Source: Dimorphilus gyrociliatus
Lineage: Eukaryota; Animalia; Annelida
Length of the DNA stretch: 64,000 bases
NCBI GenBank assembly: GCA_904063045.1
Contig: CAJFCJ010000002.1
Coordinates: 806,001 to 870,000 of the forward strand
Direction: 5' to 3'
The notes below the pieces were generated by a model. It did no database searches, was not told where the DNA came from, and worked only from the letters and a program-made list of their open reading frames with translations. Positions 13,587 through 25,746 of the stretch are shown piece after piece. The translations under genes were made by a program, and so were the position numbers. Positions within the stretch are counted from its first letter, which is position 1, and each line of letters begins with the position of its first letter.

Positions 13587-15594
13587 TCAATGCAACTGTG
13601 CAGCGGGTACAGTAATTGTTGTAGTAGTCGTCGTATTGTGATTAGTGGTGGCTATACTATTCGGACTAGGACTTCCGTATCCGCTTGACGCGTCGTCTGC
13701 ATTGATATTCTGAGTTTGGCGTTTCATCTGTGCAAGGGCATTGTAGTTATAATTAGGCGGTGGAACGGCACTGGGAGGCATCGACGCATAGACCATCCTT
13801 TCCTCATAGTCCATTTCGCAAAGAATCTTATTGTCACATAAGTAAAAGCGGTCCCCCACGCAGAATCTGTGACTGCACTGTTGGCACGCGAAACATTCTA
13901 GATGATAGACGTTGCCTTTAGCTCTCATCACCATTTCGAAAGCAGGAATCGTTTTGGAGCAGGCGGCGCAATGGCCGGTTGTGCCGAACAATCTGCGTTG
14001 AAAAGGCGAATTGATTAGCTTGAAGAGGCTCGCGTAATATATGGAGATCGTATTAGGTGACTGCGCGCCGCATTAACGATTATCGCCGCGCATATAAAGA
14101 GGCTTCATTTCAGAGAGTATATATAAATTTATACTAGGCGTAGGCCTAAGCGTTATATATACTCTTAATTAAGGCGGCTGACATGCGAGAAAAAGTAGAA
14201 TGTCAAGATTAATTACTCCAAGAAACGGGGCGCGGCGCACGAAAAGCTCGTTTCTTTTGCTGCGTCATTAACCTTTTCAATTAATTCAACCGTTGTTAAT
14301 TAAAAAAGGCGAGCGCCAACTTACTTTCATTATATACGTACTTATACCTATACGCTGTATTTCTATATGCCATATATATATTATAAGTAACATAAATTTA
14401 CATGAAAGGTTCTAAGCATATGTCTATAAAGACAAATATGTTAAAAATTTTTTTTCTAATCTTATTATTTTTTCCTATAATGTATAATATAATATTGGAT
14501 AAAGATTTATTACAATTTATATATAGACCGGAGTAGTTTTTTTCCATGATAATTGTCTAATCAAGCATCCTTCAGAAAGAAATTTAAATTTATTTAGCAT
14601 AAAGTACTAGAGCCTTATATATTTTAAAAGTGATAAGTTGATTTTTTAAGTAATGTACTTTGATCTTTCAAGTCCTAAGATTTGATGAATTATTTGAGCA
14701 TTATATTTCATATTAAAATTAGGATTTCACAACCTTTTTCTCAAATATTAATAATTTTTATGAAAAATAAATCCTATAAAGCGAATTATCATATACTATA
14801 TTAATATTATATTAATTAGTTATTGTATTTATTGAATTTTCATGCTGACCATTCTTGAATAGATATAATAATTTTGATTTCAATTCAAAATACCTAAATG
14901 ATAAAAGTATAAATAATGCACTACTGTACTGTGGATGAGTAATAGCAGTGTAGTATGTACTAGAAATTTAATTACTATTTAATGTGTCAATACTGTATAC
15001 AGTTGTAAGTATATATTTACAGTATGTACTATTTAGAGCACATACACATATAAATATATTTATGTTATGCTACAAAAGTTATAAGATCTACACTCTCTAC
15101 ATATATAGTGATTCTCGATACATTCACACTAATTATTGCGCTAGCATCATTTTCTGCATCAGTACAAATGCACAATGCCGCGCCTGATTATTTTCAATAC
15201 TTCCTATTCGATGCGTGCGCGCCAACCTTAAATAATCTCTCCTGCACAGCAGTAGTTGGGCTCGACTAAAGAGTGTCGATCCGACTTCTCCAAGTCGACA
15301 GTCACAACAGGAACACTTGAGGCAATCTTCATGCCAATACTGATCGAGTGCCTTGAGCAGATAGCGTTCGGTGATCTTCTTCTGACAACCAGAGCATTGT
15401 TGACCTTCACTGACGGTTTCCAGGGATGTAGGAGCTGGATAAAGCGACCACCATTAAATTTCAATTAAATTTAAATCAATTAATTAACTTAAATCAAACC
15501 AGAGGAAATATAGAATTCATACAGGTGACAATTCGTAATTCTTGAATAGCATTATTATATCTGTCTATGTTATAATGCATCCTATATACATATT

Positions 15595-15630
<36 letters not shown>

Positions 15631-17930
15631 AATGGAAAAACAAAAACGAGTTGCGTTTTCTGCTTTTAAGCTAATGGGCCGATAAGCGTATTTGATTTTT
15701 TTTCGACTAGAGCCACCTAATCCGCGTATATAGCTTATATATGGGAAAAAAGTATATATTTTCTTTCAGCCATATCAAATCGCGTCTGACTTGATGTCAC
15801 TTAGTGGATTGTGAGCTCTTTCAAATCAGGAAATGAACTTGCACAATCGATCAACGCGGTCGCCGATGCGAAACTAAGCGCGCGTGAGAGTGTGTTTATA
15901 TATATGTGGGAACTGTATTAGACACTATTATTCCTCTAACAGTACATAAATGCTTATACACTTTACAAAGTGCATTTTATTTTATTTAAATACACCAAGT
16001 AGCATCTAAGCCGTCTGTTATATTAAAGTAGATAAAATATTAGATATATTGTATAGTCATATATAAAATGTTATCATGTAGTAAGCACGTTAGCTCGAAG
16101 CGTTTTTCATTAAGGCGCGCGCACTACCGCGTACGAAATCAAACGTTAACAGATTGGCGAAATGAAAACGTAATTAGGTTTGAATGTAACGGCGAATCGG
16201 GGCAATGCTCGGCAGCTTTGCGCTAATGGCGCTTTTAAAAAGGCGATATTCGACTGCTAATGCGGGTTCGGTGTCGATGGGCGCCATAGCTAGTAAGAGT
16301 CGCAGATGCGCCTTTTCGCCGCCGGCTTTTAAGGGCGAAAACTCGACAAACAAGCACTAAGATGGAAATTAACGACAGGGACGCACTAGCCGCGTCTAAT
16401 ACCGTATATAGCGGCAGCTATTTAGCGCTATTTGTTGCGGCCTTCTCCCGACACAACTGCACCAATTAGCTATGTGAATGCTTACAATCAACTTGCGGCG
16501 GCAACTTTAGCGTTCGAATTTCAACGACTCTTCTTCTCTCCTTAATTCCTATTCAATAATCATGTGCTTGCCTCGGAGATTCTATATATACCACCCCAAT
16601 TCGCTCTCTCGTAATGAATAATAAATTGCTTTACGCTGCAGATACTTTACAAGAATTATTTTTGTATATAAGGCTGCACAGTTTATAGGCTTATACAGAG
16701 TATTTACGTATTTATACAAACCATACACATAAAAAACAGTATTTGGTACAAAGAGAAGATACTGACAGGTTTTTTGTAGATAAAATGAATAATCATTTCA
16801 CTAGAATGGGATATACCTAGTCAAACAAATAAATTATTATTTAAGAGAGAACGAGGTATAATATACATAGCAATGAAATAAAACGCGCACTCGGTGTGGC
16901 GGTCGTCTAGAGGGACAGCGAGGCAGATTGGCGGCGTCCAGTGGCTAGATTGGACCGCCTGTCCCAAGGTGCGGTTCGGCCCAATCGGCTCCGTTCAATC
17001 AATGCCGCCCAATTACGAAGCCCTATTGTATGCACGGATACATACAAAATATAGAACGCATCTGAGTTACAGTCAATGCACGTCGCAGAAATTGAATGTG
17101 GAACAATCAAACCTTTAGTTGTCTGACAAAAACTTAGAGTTTGGCACATATCTACACAAATATTTTAAACGCCCTAACTAAATTCGCTTCTACCGCCAAT
17201 ACCATTAGCCACGCGCGCGTTTCGCCTCGCCCTTAATTAGATTGATTCCTAATGAGCGATTAGGCCTAGGTCATAAACGGATTGGTATTAGCAATAATAC
17301 GAAGATGAAAGGCGCACGTAAAACATTGGTAATCAGTATAATGAAAAAGTAAATGGTATTGCAATAATCATATTGACCGCAAAGCATATAAATGCGATGG
17401 CGAGGAAATTAATTCTCTTTGCACGTTCCTCATTTGGATGAAAGCAACGACTTTTCTAAATTCGAAAATACCGCACGTGCCCTCGCCAAAAGAAAAAGTC
17501 AAAGGTCGAAACAAATGGTGGCACGCATCGCCTTTCGAGCGAAAAGACGAAACGGAAAGGGCGCCGATTCGGCGGCCAGGCGGAGGCGAGCGAATTTATA
17601 GGCGGCTTTGTCTCATTTCCTGTGTGCTTTGGTCAATTTCCTTTTGCCGCCTGTATGGCGAGCAGCATTTCGATCGCTTTTAGCGCACGTGCGGGCAACG
17701 TCATTTATCTTCTTTCTCTCTCCTCACCACATGCCGATTCGATTTGGAAAAGGGGTGAGAGGAAAAATTCTCTTTCTCTTGTACTCTTTGTGCGTTTAGT
17801 TTTTCGTCAACTGTGCGCACGTCTAGCGCGACAGTTACAGGCGTCGTGGCAGTAAGTGGCGTAATTTACGAAGGAAATTGGAAAACATGTCCAGAATATA
17901 TATATATATATATATATTTAGATATATATG

Positions 17931-17979
<49 letters not shown>

Positions 17980-18916
17980 AATTAGCGTAAGCCGATATAG
18001 TCTGGGTGCGGTCATCAAACATAATGATATAGCACCGAGCCGAGTGGTGCTTGTCGGCAGCGTACTGATTAGCTAAATTAGGAGTGCCTAGCAGCCAACG
18101 ATGATATACGCCCGCAGCTTTGTTATATAGCACGGAGAGAGAGTGTGCGCCGCTCATTAACGCCTAACTATAACAAAAAAGGCGGTATACGCGTCAGGTG
18201 ATTTGCACACTTAATTACAGCCAGGCCTCTTTCTCTCTTCCAATTAATTCGAGACATATTCAGTTGGTAAAATGAAAAGATGTTTAAAAATTCAATTTAT
18301 ATTGGATAATATCTCTATAATAGCTAACAATTTTACCTTCTATTTCTCATATGCACTTTTAGATATTAATTAAACCAATTATTACACCTCATCATTTGTG
18401 TCTCACTCTTTATAATATATAGTGTAAAGCTCAAGCAAAAGATAGATTATGTATATTCTATTCATACATAAAGAACGTACTAACGATATATCGTACATAT
18501 ATACAGTATAAACACGCTTGTAAAAACGTGCGCCGCAACTGCAATTTTACGCTTTGGCGCACATCAAACGCACCGTGTCCAGACTCGGGCTTTGCACAGT
18601 TGCCGTCGACTAATGACAGACTGCAGCAATAATTAGCGCACAAACGATATCGAATGACGGATTCGCGTGCGCTCCCGATTTTCAGGCGCGTGATTAATTC
18701 ATCATAAAAGCCGGCTAATTGCCCAATCAATACTTTATATGTATCAGAGAGCGCACGTGCGAAAACTAGAACTAGAAACTTACCGCTGACCAGATGTTGA
18801 TTAGATGAACGGCTGGGAGCGTCTGCCCCTTCCAGAGGTTGTAAACTGGAATCCCTGGAAGATGTCGAACTCGGACATGAGACTGCCGTAGCCGCTAGCG
18901 AATCTCGTTTCTCCAT
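13587..18916 (-). CDS. LMO1/3: LIM-domain-only protein, LMO1/LMO3/Beadex type (two LIM domains)
   Basis: Exon 15434-15227, read in a frame not shown in the ORF track, gives [57 protein letters not shown]. Exon 13992-13587 gives [49 protein letters not shown]. These match LMO1/3 signatures ([29 protein letters not shown]), not LMO4. The LIM1 exon has no ATG and a phase-1 acceptor; exon 18916-18784 (ATG...AGC G|GTAAGT, phase 1) supplies the start. Confidence 0.93.
15604..15630. repeat. (TA)n microsatellite
   Basis: Pure TA run in the LMO first intron. Confidence 0.95.
17896..17976. repeat. Interrupted (TA)n microsatellite
   Basis: Two TA runs separated by a short spacer, in the LMO first intron. 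Confidence 0.95.
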
Positions 18917-18923
18917 CGACCAC

Positions 18924-18957
18924 ACTGAATGGCGCGCAACGCCTGCACGCTTTTATA
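18924..18957 (-). promoter_or_regulatory. TATA box + Initiator core promoter of the LMO gene
   Basis: On the minus strand TATAAAAG begins at 18957 and Inr TCAGT has its A at 18926. That places TATA at -31, the canonical spacing, 10 nt before the ATG at 18916. Confidence 0.7.
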
Positions 18958-21801
18958 TCAAGTACAATAGCGCCCTCTAGTGTTTGTGGAATAGTTTGGT
19001 TAATTAAGGACGGAATTCGAGAAGGCTAAAGCGTGTTTGCGTAGGATTCCGTAACTGGCGCGGGATGGCTAACGGCTGCTGACCATATTCCAAGTGTAAA
19101 CGATGCTCGCGTCAAAGTCGCGCCAATATACTCCATTAAGGGGTACTCAGCTAAGAGTGTAGACTTTCCACGTTGACGACTGTAATGACAGTAGAACAGC
19201 TGCGTCCCGTAAAAAGTCATTTAATAAAATAAAGATGCAAAATATAGTCAATGCGTAGTACCGGTATACGAAACCTTACTAATTATATATAAACGCTAAT
19301 CTTTTCTCATCACGACAGACAATGCGATTAGGCGAAGCACGCGCGCTAATGAAAAAATTCCACCAAAACGACGCTTTCGGCGAGCGTCGGTTTACCAACT
19401 ATAAACGGCATCCGTAATGGAGAAAATAAGTTTTAGAAAGAAAGAGCGAGAAGATTCATTAGCGAAGGCAAACAAAGCAAATGACGCTATGCGGATCGCA
19501 TTGCAACACGATGAGCGTCTCTGGCGGCGGCGGCAACGGCGGTGGTGGCGGAGAGACTTAAAAAAGCTAAAAATTGAACCAATTTCCCAACTTCTGGCTC
19601 TGGACGTGATGCCCGCGTCAATCAAGCGCTCATTAGGCCTTTTTACGGATCTCATTAGTGTGTAAGCAACGCGCCTCTAGCTGACAAACGCAGTGCAAAA
19701 TTGTGCCAGACATCTGCTGCCCTTAACAAGCACATTATAGGCTTCGGCACCGGTTTCAATCAATTTCTCGCGGCGTCCTTCAAACACTGAAAGGCACTCT
19801 GCGGCACATCGATTATCAAGCCTATAATGCTTACGGACATCGTCGACCGCCGTCGAATTAAAGCCGGTCGACATCGTCGCGCCCTCGACGCTCGTTATCG
19901 AAACGCTCTCAAAAATCGAACGATGTCTATACGCTTAACCGACCTTTCATCTACTTTAACCCAATTACAGCGTTTACAAACAAGACGTTTTTAGAATACA
20001 AGGAGAACGTCTTCTCTTTCACATGCTCTTTACTATAACCAATATATTCCAATAACATGTGCACACAAGTTACTCATAAGGCATTGTATTATGCTTTATG
20101 TATGTTATTAGCCTTGTAATCTAAAGACGAACATGCCGAACTAGCAACATCTCGACACGCGTTCGAACGCATCCGAGCTTGCCTTTAAACAAACCGTGAA
20201 TAGAAGCGGCACGTATTCAGTTTTGCAGTTTTACGCGCGTCGACGATCAGATCATATCTGCTTGCTTACGACAGTCTGCTGCAAACTGATAAGCAACTGA
20301 ATAAAGCGTCGTGTATCGTTTATACTTTCTTTTTAACAACTTTTTCTATTACTTTTCGTTTACGCATTATTTCCGCCCGTCAGAATCGTGCTGGATATAG
20401 GAAATGAAAAATCGTGTTTCTACATTATGCCAATTGTATATTTAAAAAAGAGCAAATAGGAATGTCACGGTGGGGTATGTAAAACAGCAGATGATAATAG
20501 TTAACTTATGAAAGCTTCATTTTAAATTCACTTAAATGATTATTATACTTTCAACAAATTACATAGTCAACTGTATATTATTTTGATAACATAGATATTA
20601 TTATAGATTTTATAATAAGAATACTCATAAGAAATAAGATGTCAGACTTTTATGGTATTTATAATTAAATAAGATAATTATTACTTATAATAACTCTGCT
20701 AACCTCATTCTTAGATGGCAATTTCCCTCCGCTTTGTGAACGCATTATTTTTTGGCGACATCTCTTGGACTTTTTTAATAAATATCATTGTATAAAAGAA
20801 TATTTCAGCATGAATTCAATGTCTTAAAGATGGTTTCCTTTTACGACTTTTCCTAATCTGATTAGTATGATAATATGTCTACTCTGTTGGGTGCATTAGC
20901 TTCAGAATCGAGGTCAGTTCTGACATACCCGTAAGCGTTTTGATCAACTGAACTATGGTGACATTATCTACATTGGATAGATCGCAAACGTTGATTTTTT
21001 TATCATATATTTAAAATTACGATGACTATTTTCGAGCAGGAATTCGATTCTACTACCAGTCACAATGCCTAAGGGGAAAAACGATACCTAAGCTAGTTTT
21101 GAATATTACTGTTTTTGAGTGCCAATCTAACTCTGAACTACAACATTAAATTTTTCTATAATTCTACAGTGAACTATTTACTGACTGATACTCCGAGAGA
21201 TCCGAGATCAAAGTCAAATTATGCGGTACATACTGTAAGTTGCGGCTCTATTCTTGTTATTTGCTTAGATATGCTTCGATTGTGTGCAAGTCACTAGAGT
21301 TCTATTCGTTCGCGAGAACGGGAAGCCAACATCGAGAGTGTATTCCAATTTACTTCGCTGTTAAAAGCTTAATACCAATAAAAATTTTTTATCATTTCAA
21401 GTTCTAATGCTACTATTCTTACAGATTTATTAATTAAAAAATTGATAGTTAAAATTTTTTAATAGCATTACGGTAAAGTGTGTTTTTTTAAACGGAAAAT
21501 ATCTTTAGGTCAATAAAAAAATTACAATTTTGGAGGAAAATGTACATAATAATCTGTAGGATTGATAAACATTGGTTTGTTAAAATAGCTTTTTGCGGAA
21601 AACGTTAAGTTTTAATTTAAATTGCTATCACAAACGTAACATTTGTAATTCTTTCTTGTTTTGATAGACTGTTGTTACTTTCCAAAATTGATTATTATTT
21701 TGGGCTAATTCATTCTCTCTACTTTCGCTTAAAGAATAAACAATTTTGCATTTAATACTTATTTTTTAGCTGAACTATTTCATTTCCAGCAAGATATTGC
21801 T

Positions 21802-21825
21802 TATATATATATATATATATATATA
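21802..21825. repeat. (TA)n microsatellite
   Basis: Pure TA run. Confidence 0.9.
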
Positions 21826-23011
21826 CAGACTGTTTAAATTCACTTTAGCTAACTATTCTACTACTGCTTGCATTTGAATTAGGTAATTTCGTTGTATTCG
21901 CTATATGACAACACTCATCGGTTTTTCTCTTTAAGTCTTCTAATTCACTTCGTATAGTACATGTAGTACAACCTAATACTCTAAACAATTTTCCGTTCCT
22001 TTAAATAACCAGCAGCCGAAGATCGCAATTGAGATAATGTTTTCTAGTTGTCTTATGGTGAATAGTTTAAGCGTTTTTTTTTGTTTTAAATTTAACATGT
22101 TATTTAAATATTTCTATCTAACTACAATTTAGCATAGTAAAGTGTCAATAATAAATACAATAAAAACAAAATTTGGTGAACACTAAAGTAGAGATATTAA
22201 ACTATAATCACTTTAAACTTATGTTTGGAGAAATACATCTCATTTTACAATCTTATATTATTATCTTATGCTTACTATTTTTAGATTACGAAATTGATTT
22301 CCATTCATCAAAGAAAGCTAAGTGGAAAATTTAATTACCTCGATTTACCCTGACATCTCTATTCTTATAATTGTTTATAAAACATGAAATTGATTACCTT
22401 ATAATTTATAAAGGTTTTAAGATGAATTAAATTTAATTTTATGACGCAATATGAATGTTAGGAGCAAAATTGAAATTAATTGAAAACACCTTTACAATTT
22501 ATTTGTTAAGGCTATTTGAAAACAAGCAGTATTTTGATTGAATTGATCATATCCGATCAAATTTTTTTTACTCGACACAAGTGTATAAGCTCTTTAATTT
22601 TTTCTGCACCAATACTAAGATAGTTGATCAATTTATTAATTCTTATATATAAATATTTAATTTATAAATTAGGTACAATAAATGTCTATATGGTATATTT
22701 TAATATGTTTACACTGTATTTCAAAACTTCGCTTTGAACTATTGATTTCAAATTATTTCTTCATAATACTCTATGCATTCGGTCAGATAGAGAAAATTCT
22801 GCTTCTAAGAAGAATTAAACCTTCCTTCAGGCTATTATCTTACTGTTTTCCAAGGCAACTCCAAAGGAATGAATAGATAAGACAAATAAGTTTTTCTAAA
22901 TTTTGTTTTATAAACTAGTACTTTTTACAGAAGGGTTCAGAAATTTACAACTTTTTTAACAGTGTCGAAAACAAATTAACATAGCTTTTGAAATTTTTTT
23001 GGTAGTAAATA

Positions 23012-25211
23012 TCAAGAGTTTTCAAGTAGTGCCCTTGCCATCTTAGCACCCAATTCCTCCTCAGACTCCTCATCTTCCTTGTCTGTGTTATCAGATAGCA
23101 TACTATCACTTGAAGATTCATCAATGTTATCATAACGAGGTTTCTTACATTTAGGCCTTCGTAGTTTAATCTTTCTTTTCCATCCTTTTGGATATTCTCC
23201 ACTTAAAGATTCATCAGAAGAAGAGTCAGTTACACTTGGACTCGAGAGTACTTTTCGTTTAAGTTCAATTTCTTCAGGTGTTGGGGCCTCTTCATCATCA
23301 GATTCACTAGAAGATGCTCCATCTATGAGATCATCGACTTCTTTGTCCATATTCGACAGCTCTTGTTTTGAAAGTTTGCATAGATTAAATATTGGGTCAG
23401 TCTTGGATTCAGATTCTTTTCGTTTTCGTTCCGCTTCCTTTTTCTTCTCCTCTTCTATTTGTTGTTTAATAGTTTCGGCTTTTTTCTTAGCTAAGCGAGT
23501 TGCTTCTAAATTCTCCCGATTTGCATCCGATGATGTTTGTTCATTCAATGGGAAAAGTTCCTCATCACAGTGCTGCCATCTATCAGCACATTGATATAAC
23601 CAATTAGGATTAACGGTTTTTATCTTTCCCGATTTCATTGCATCGCTAACCTTCTTCGTTCCTAATTTGGAAGCAACTAGATGCGTTGTAGGTTCATCTC
23701 CATGCAATATAATATCATTATGTACAACACTCCCCAACGAAACAGCACTCTGATATGCATAAGAAAGACCTGGTTTAACACATCTCGAAAATACTCCTGA
23801 AAAACATATACGTGTTCCACGTAAAGTTTCAGCCCGAATACTTTGGACAATATTTTTTGTCAATGGTATTGGATCATTTTTCAGGTTGTACTGGTCATAA
23901 TAGCGCTTATGTATTCGATGTAATATATCTTCTAGATGTGATAGATAATCATCTTTATCTTCCCATTCAATCATATCTTCTTCTACTTCTGTTGTTTTTC
24001 CATCCTTATTTATTACCTTTTTCACCTTTGTTATTCTTTCTGATCTAGTAGATTGCTTGCTTGGGTCTAAATATCCCTGTTCCACTTCACCTTCCCTTGG
24101 AACGTGTACTGGTGCATTTATATCTGCAGTACCAAGAAAGAATCTATAAGCTGGCACTTTAACAACGTTTTTATTAAAGCTCCAAACGTCTTCTCTATCA
24201 TCAATGATGACAACCAAGGAATCACCACAAGGAAAGAGAGCGCTAGATATTTAAAAAAATTCGAATAATTTAAACTGGCTAATTTAACTTGTACAAATAC
24301 CTTAGGTTCGCTGTCTTGGCATTTTGAGAAAGACATTCATCTCTTGATAAAATTCTATGAGAAAAGTATTTCGATTCTGGATCTAGAAGATTAGCTATAG
24401 TATGAGCATAACGTCTTACGCCGAATGTTGCGATATGCATTTCATATTTTGCAGACATATTTTCCAAAAAATGTTCAGTCCCTGGTCTAAATTTTGAATG
24501 AAACCACTGCATTTTACCACCAGCTTGACGAGACGGCAGTTCAAAGTGTTGTACATCTTTCAGATTTCGAGGAACGTCGTCATTGGTAGTATGAATTAAA
24601 GTTTGATCAAGGTCAACAAGTAAAACCAGCTGACGATTTTTTAACAATCTTTTTTCATCCTTCCGTCCCAAAATCTCAGCTCTCTGAAAGTATCTTGCTT
24701 AAAAATTTGTCGACATATTTAAATAGCTTACATTTTGAGAAACTTTTAACTCAGGTATACTGTTAACCATGCAGACAGTTGCTGTTTCAGTTGAAGTTGT
24801 AGGATTATCACTAGAACTATTTAATAGAGTATTATTAGTTTTAAAAATAGCACAAATAAACTCACTTTAAAAGATCAATTCCACAATCTGCACATAATCC
24901 CTTCATAATCGTTTGATGAAGACATCGAATGGTAGTATCAATTGTCAGCAACGTTTGGCTGTTAAAATATTTATAATGGACGATATGTTAAATGTAATAG
25001 CTTACTCTTGCTCGACGTTGTCTTCTGCCATTACTAAGATGCTGGCTATGCCTCCAGAGATCTTGCTTTTCAGTGTATATTTTGCTGTATCTCCTTCAAT
25101 TTTGTAATAGCCAAGTACAGTTCCTGGATTGACAATTTCGCCATTTTTAACGTTCCACCTTTTCCAGATAACTGGATGAGGTAACTGAATATTCTCAACA
25201 GGTTGTGCCAT
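23012..25211 (-). CDS. CTDP1: RNA polymerase II CTD phosphatase FCP1, 5 exons
   Basis: N-terminal region, then CLHQTIMKGLCADCGIDL, the catalytic LLVDLDQTLIHT (DxDxT), FRPGTEHFLE, ILSRDEC, LFPCGDSLVVIIDDREDVW, a BRCT domain (THLVASKLGTKKV...VNPNWLYQCADRWQHCDEELF) and an acidic tail ending in a helix (LGAKMARALLENS) like the TFIIF-binding end. All four introns are GT-AG and in phase. Confidence 0.97.
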
Positions 25212-25746
25212 TCTGTACTAACTATTAGTAAGTCGTTTTTATCACTCTTATCTTCCTCCCTACATAATATATTTGACACCAAGGAAAGGAATAATATTTT
25301 GCATTAGTTACTACCAGTTTCTTTTAAGCGATCCTTAAACTGCTTGAAGAGAATTATTTTAAAAAACGGTTAAACTTTTTGCATACAGCTGCCGAAAATT
25401 ACTAAGAAACTCTATTTTGGGAAATGTTCATAAAAAATTGCTCAATATTAACCTTTATATCAATTATTTGCATTATTAAAAGATGGCGCCACTTATACGA
25501 ACGCCCGTATTCCGCAGACAAAAACATAAATTCTTTATTGGCAATTGTAGGGTACCCGTCTCAAAATATGTTGAAAATATTAATAGACATTAATAACAGA
25601 AATAAAAAATAACTGTTTGAAGTCGAATATATAATGTTGTTTTGCATTTGGTTGTTAGAAAATTATCTATATGGTTGAATGCAAAAATTTTTTGATTGAG
25701 AAAAAAATATTCTACGCGAGCCTAACTGGAATGTTCAATTCGTAAA
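25212..25746. promoter_or_regulatory. Probable bidirectional promoter CTDP1/NMT
   Basis: Divergent start codons are 535 bp apart. AAGATGGCGCC (YY1/CTCF-like core) lies at 25480-25490, and AAAATGGCGG overlaps the NMT ATG. Confidence 0.6.

Noticed and set aside
19392-19874. ORFs 19417..19665 (+), 19392..19655 (-) and 19677..19874 (-) in a GC-rich patch upstream of LMO
   Set aside because: No recognisable domain or convincing exon chain. Open frames are expected in locally GC-rich DNA, and the region looks regulatory. A lncRNA or distal 5' exon cannot be excluded.
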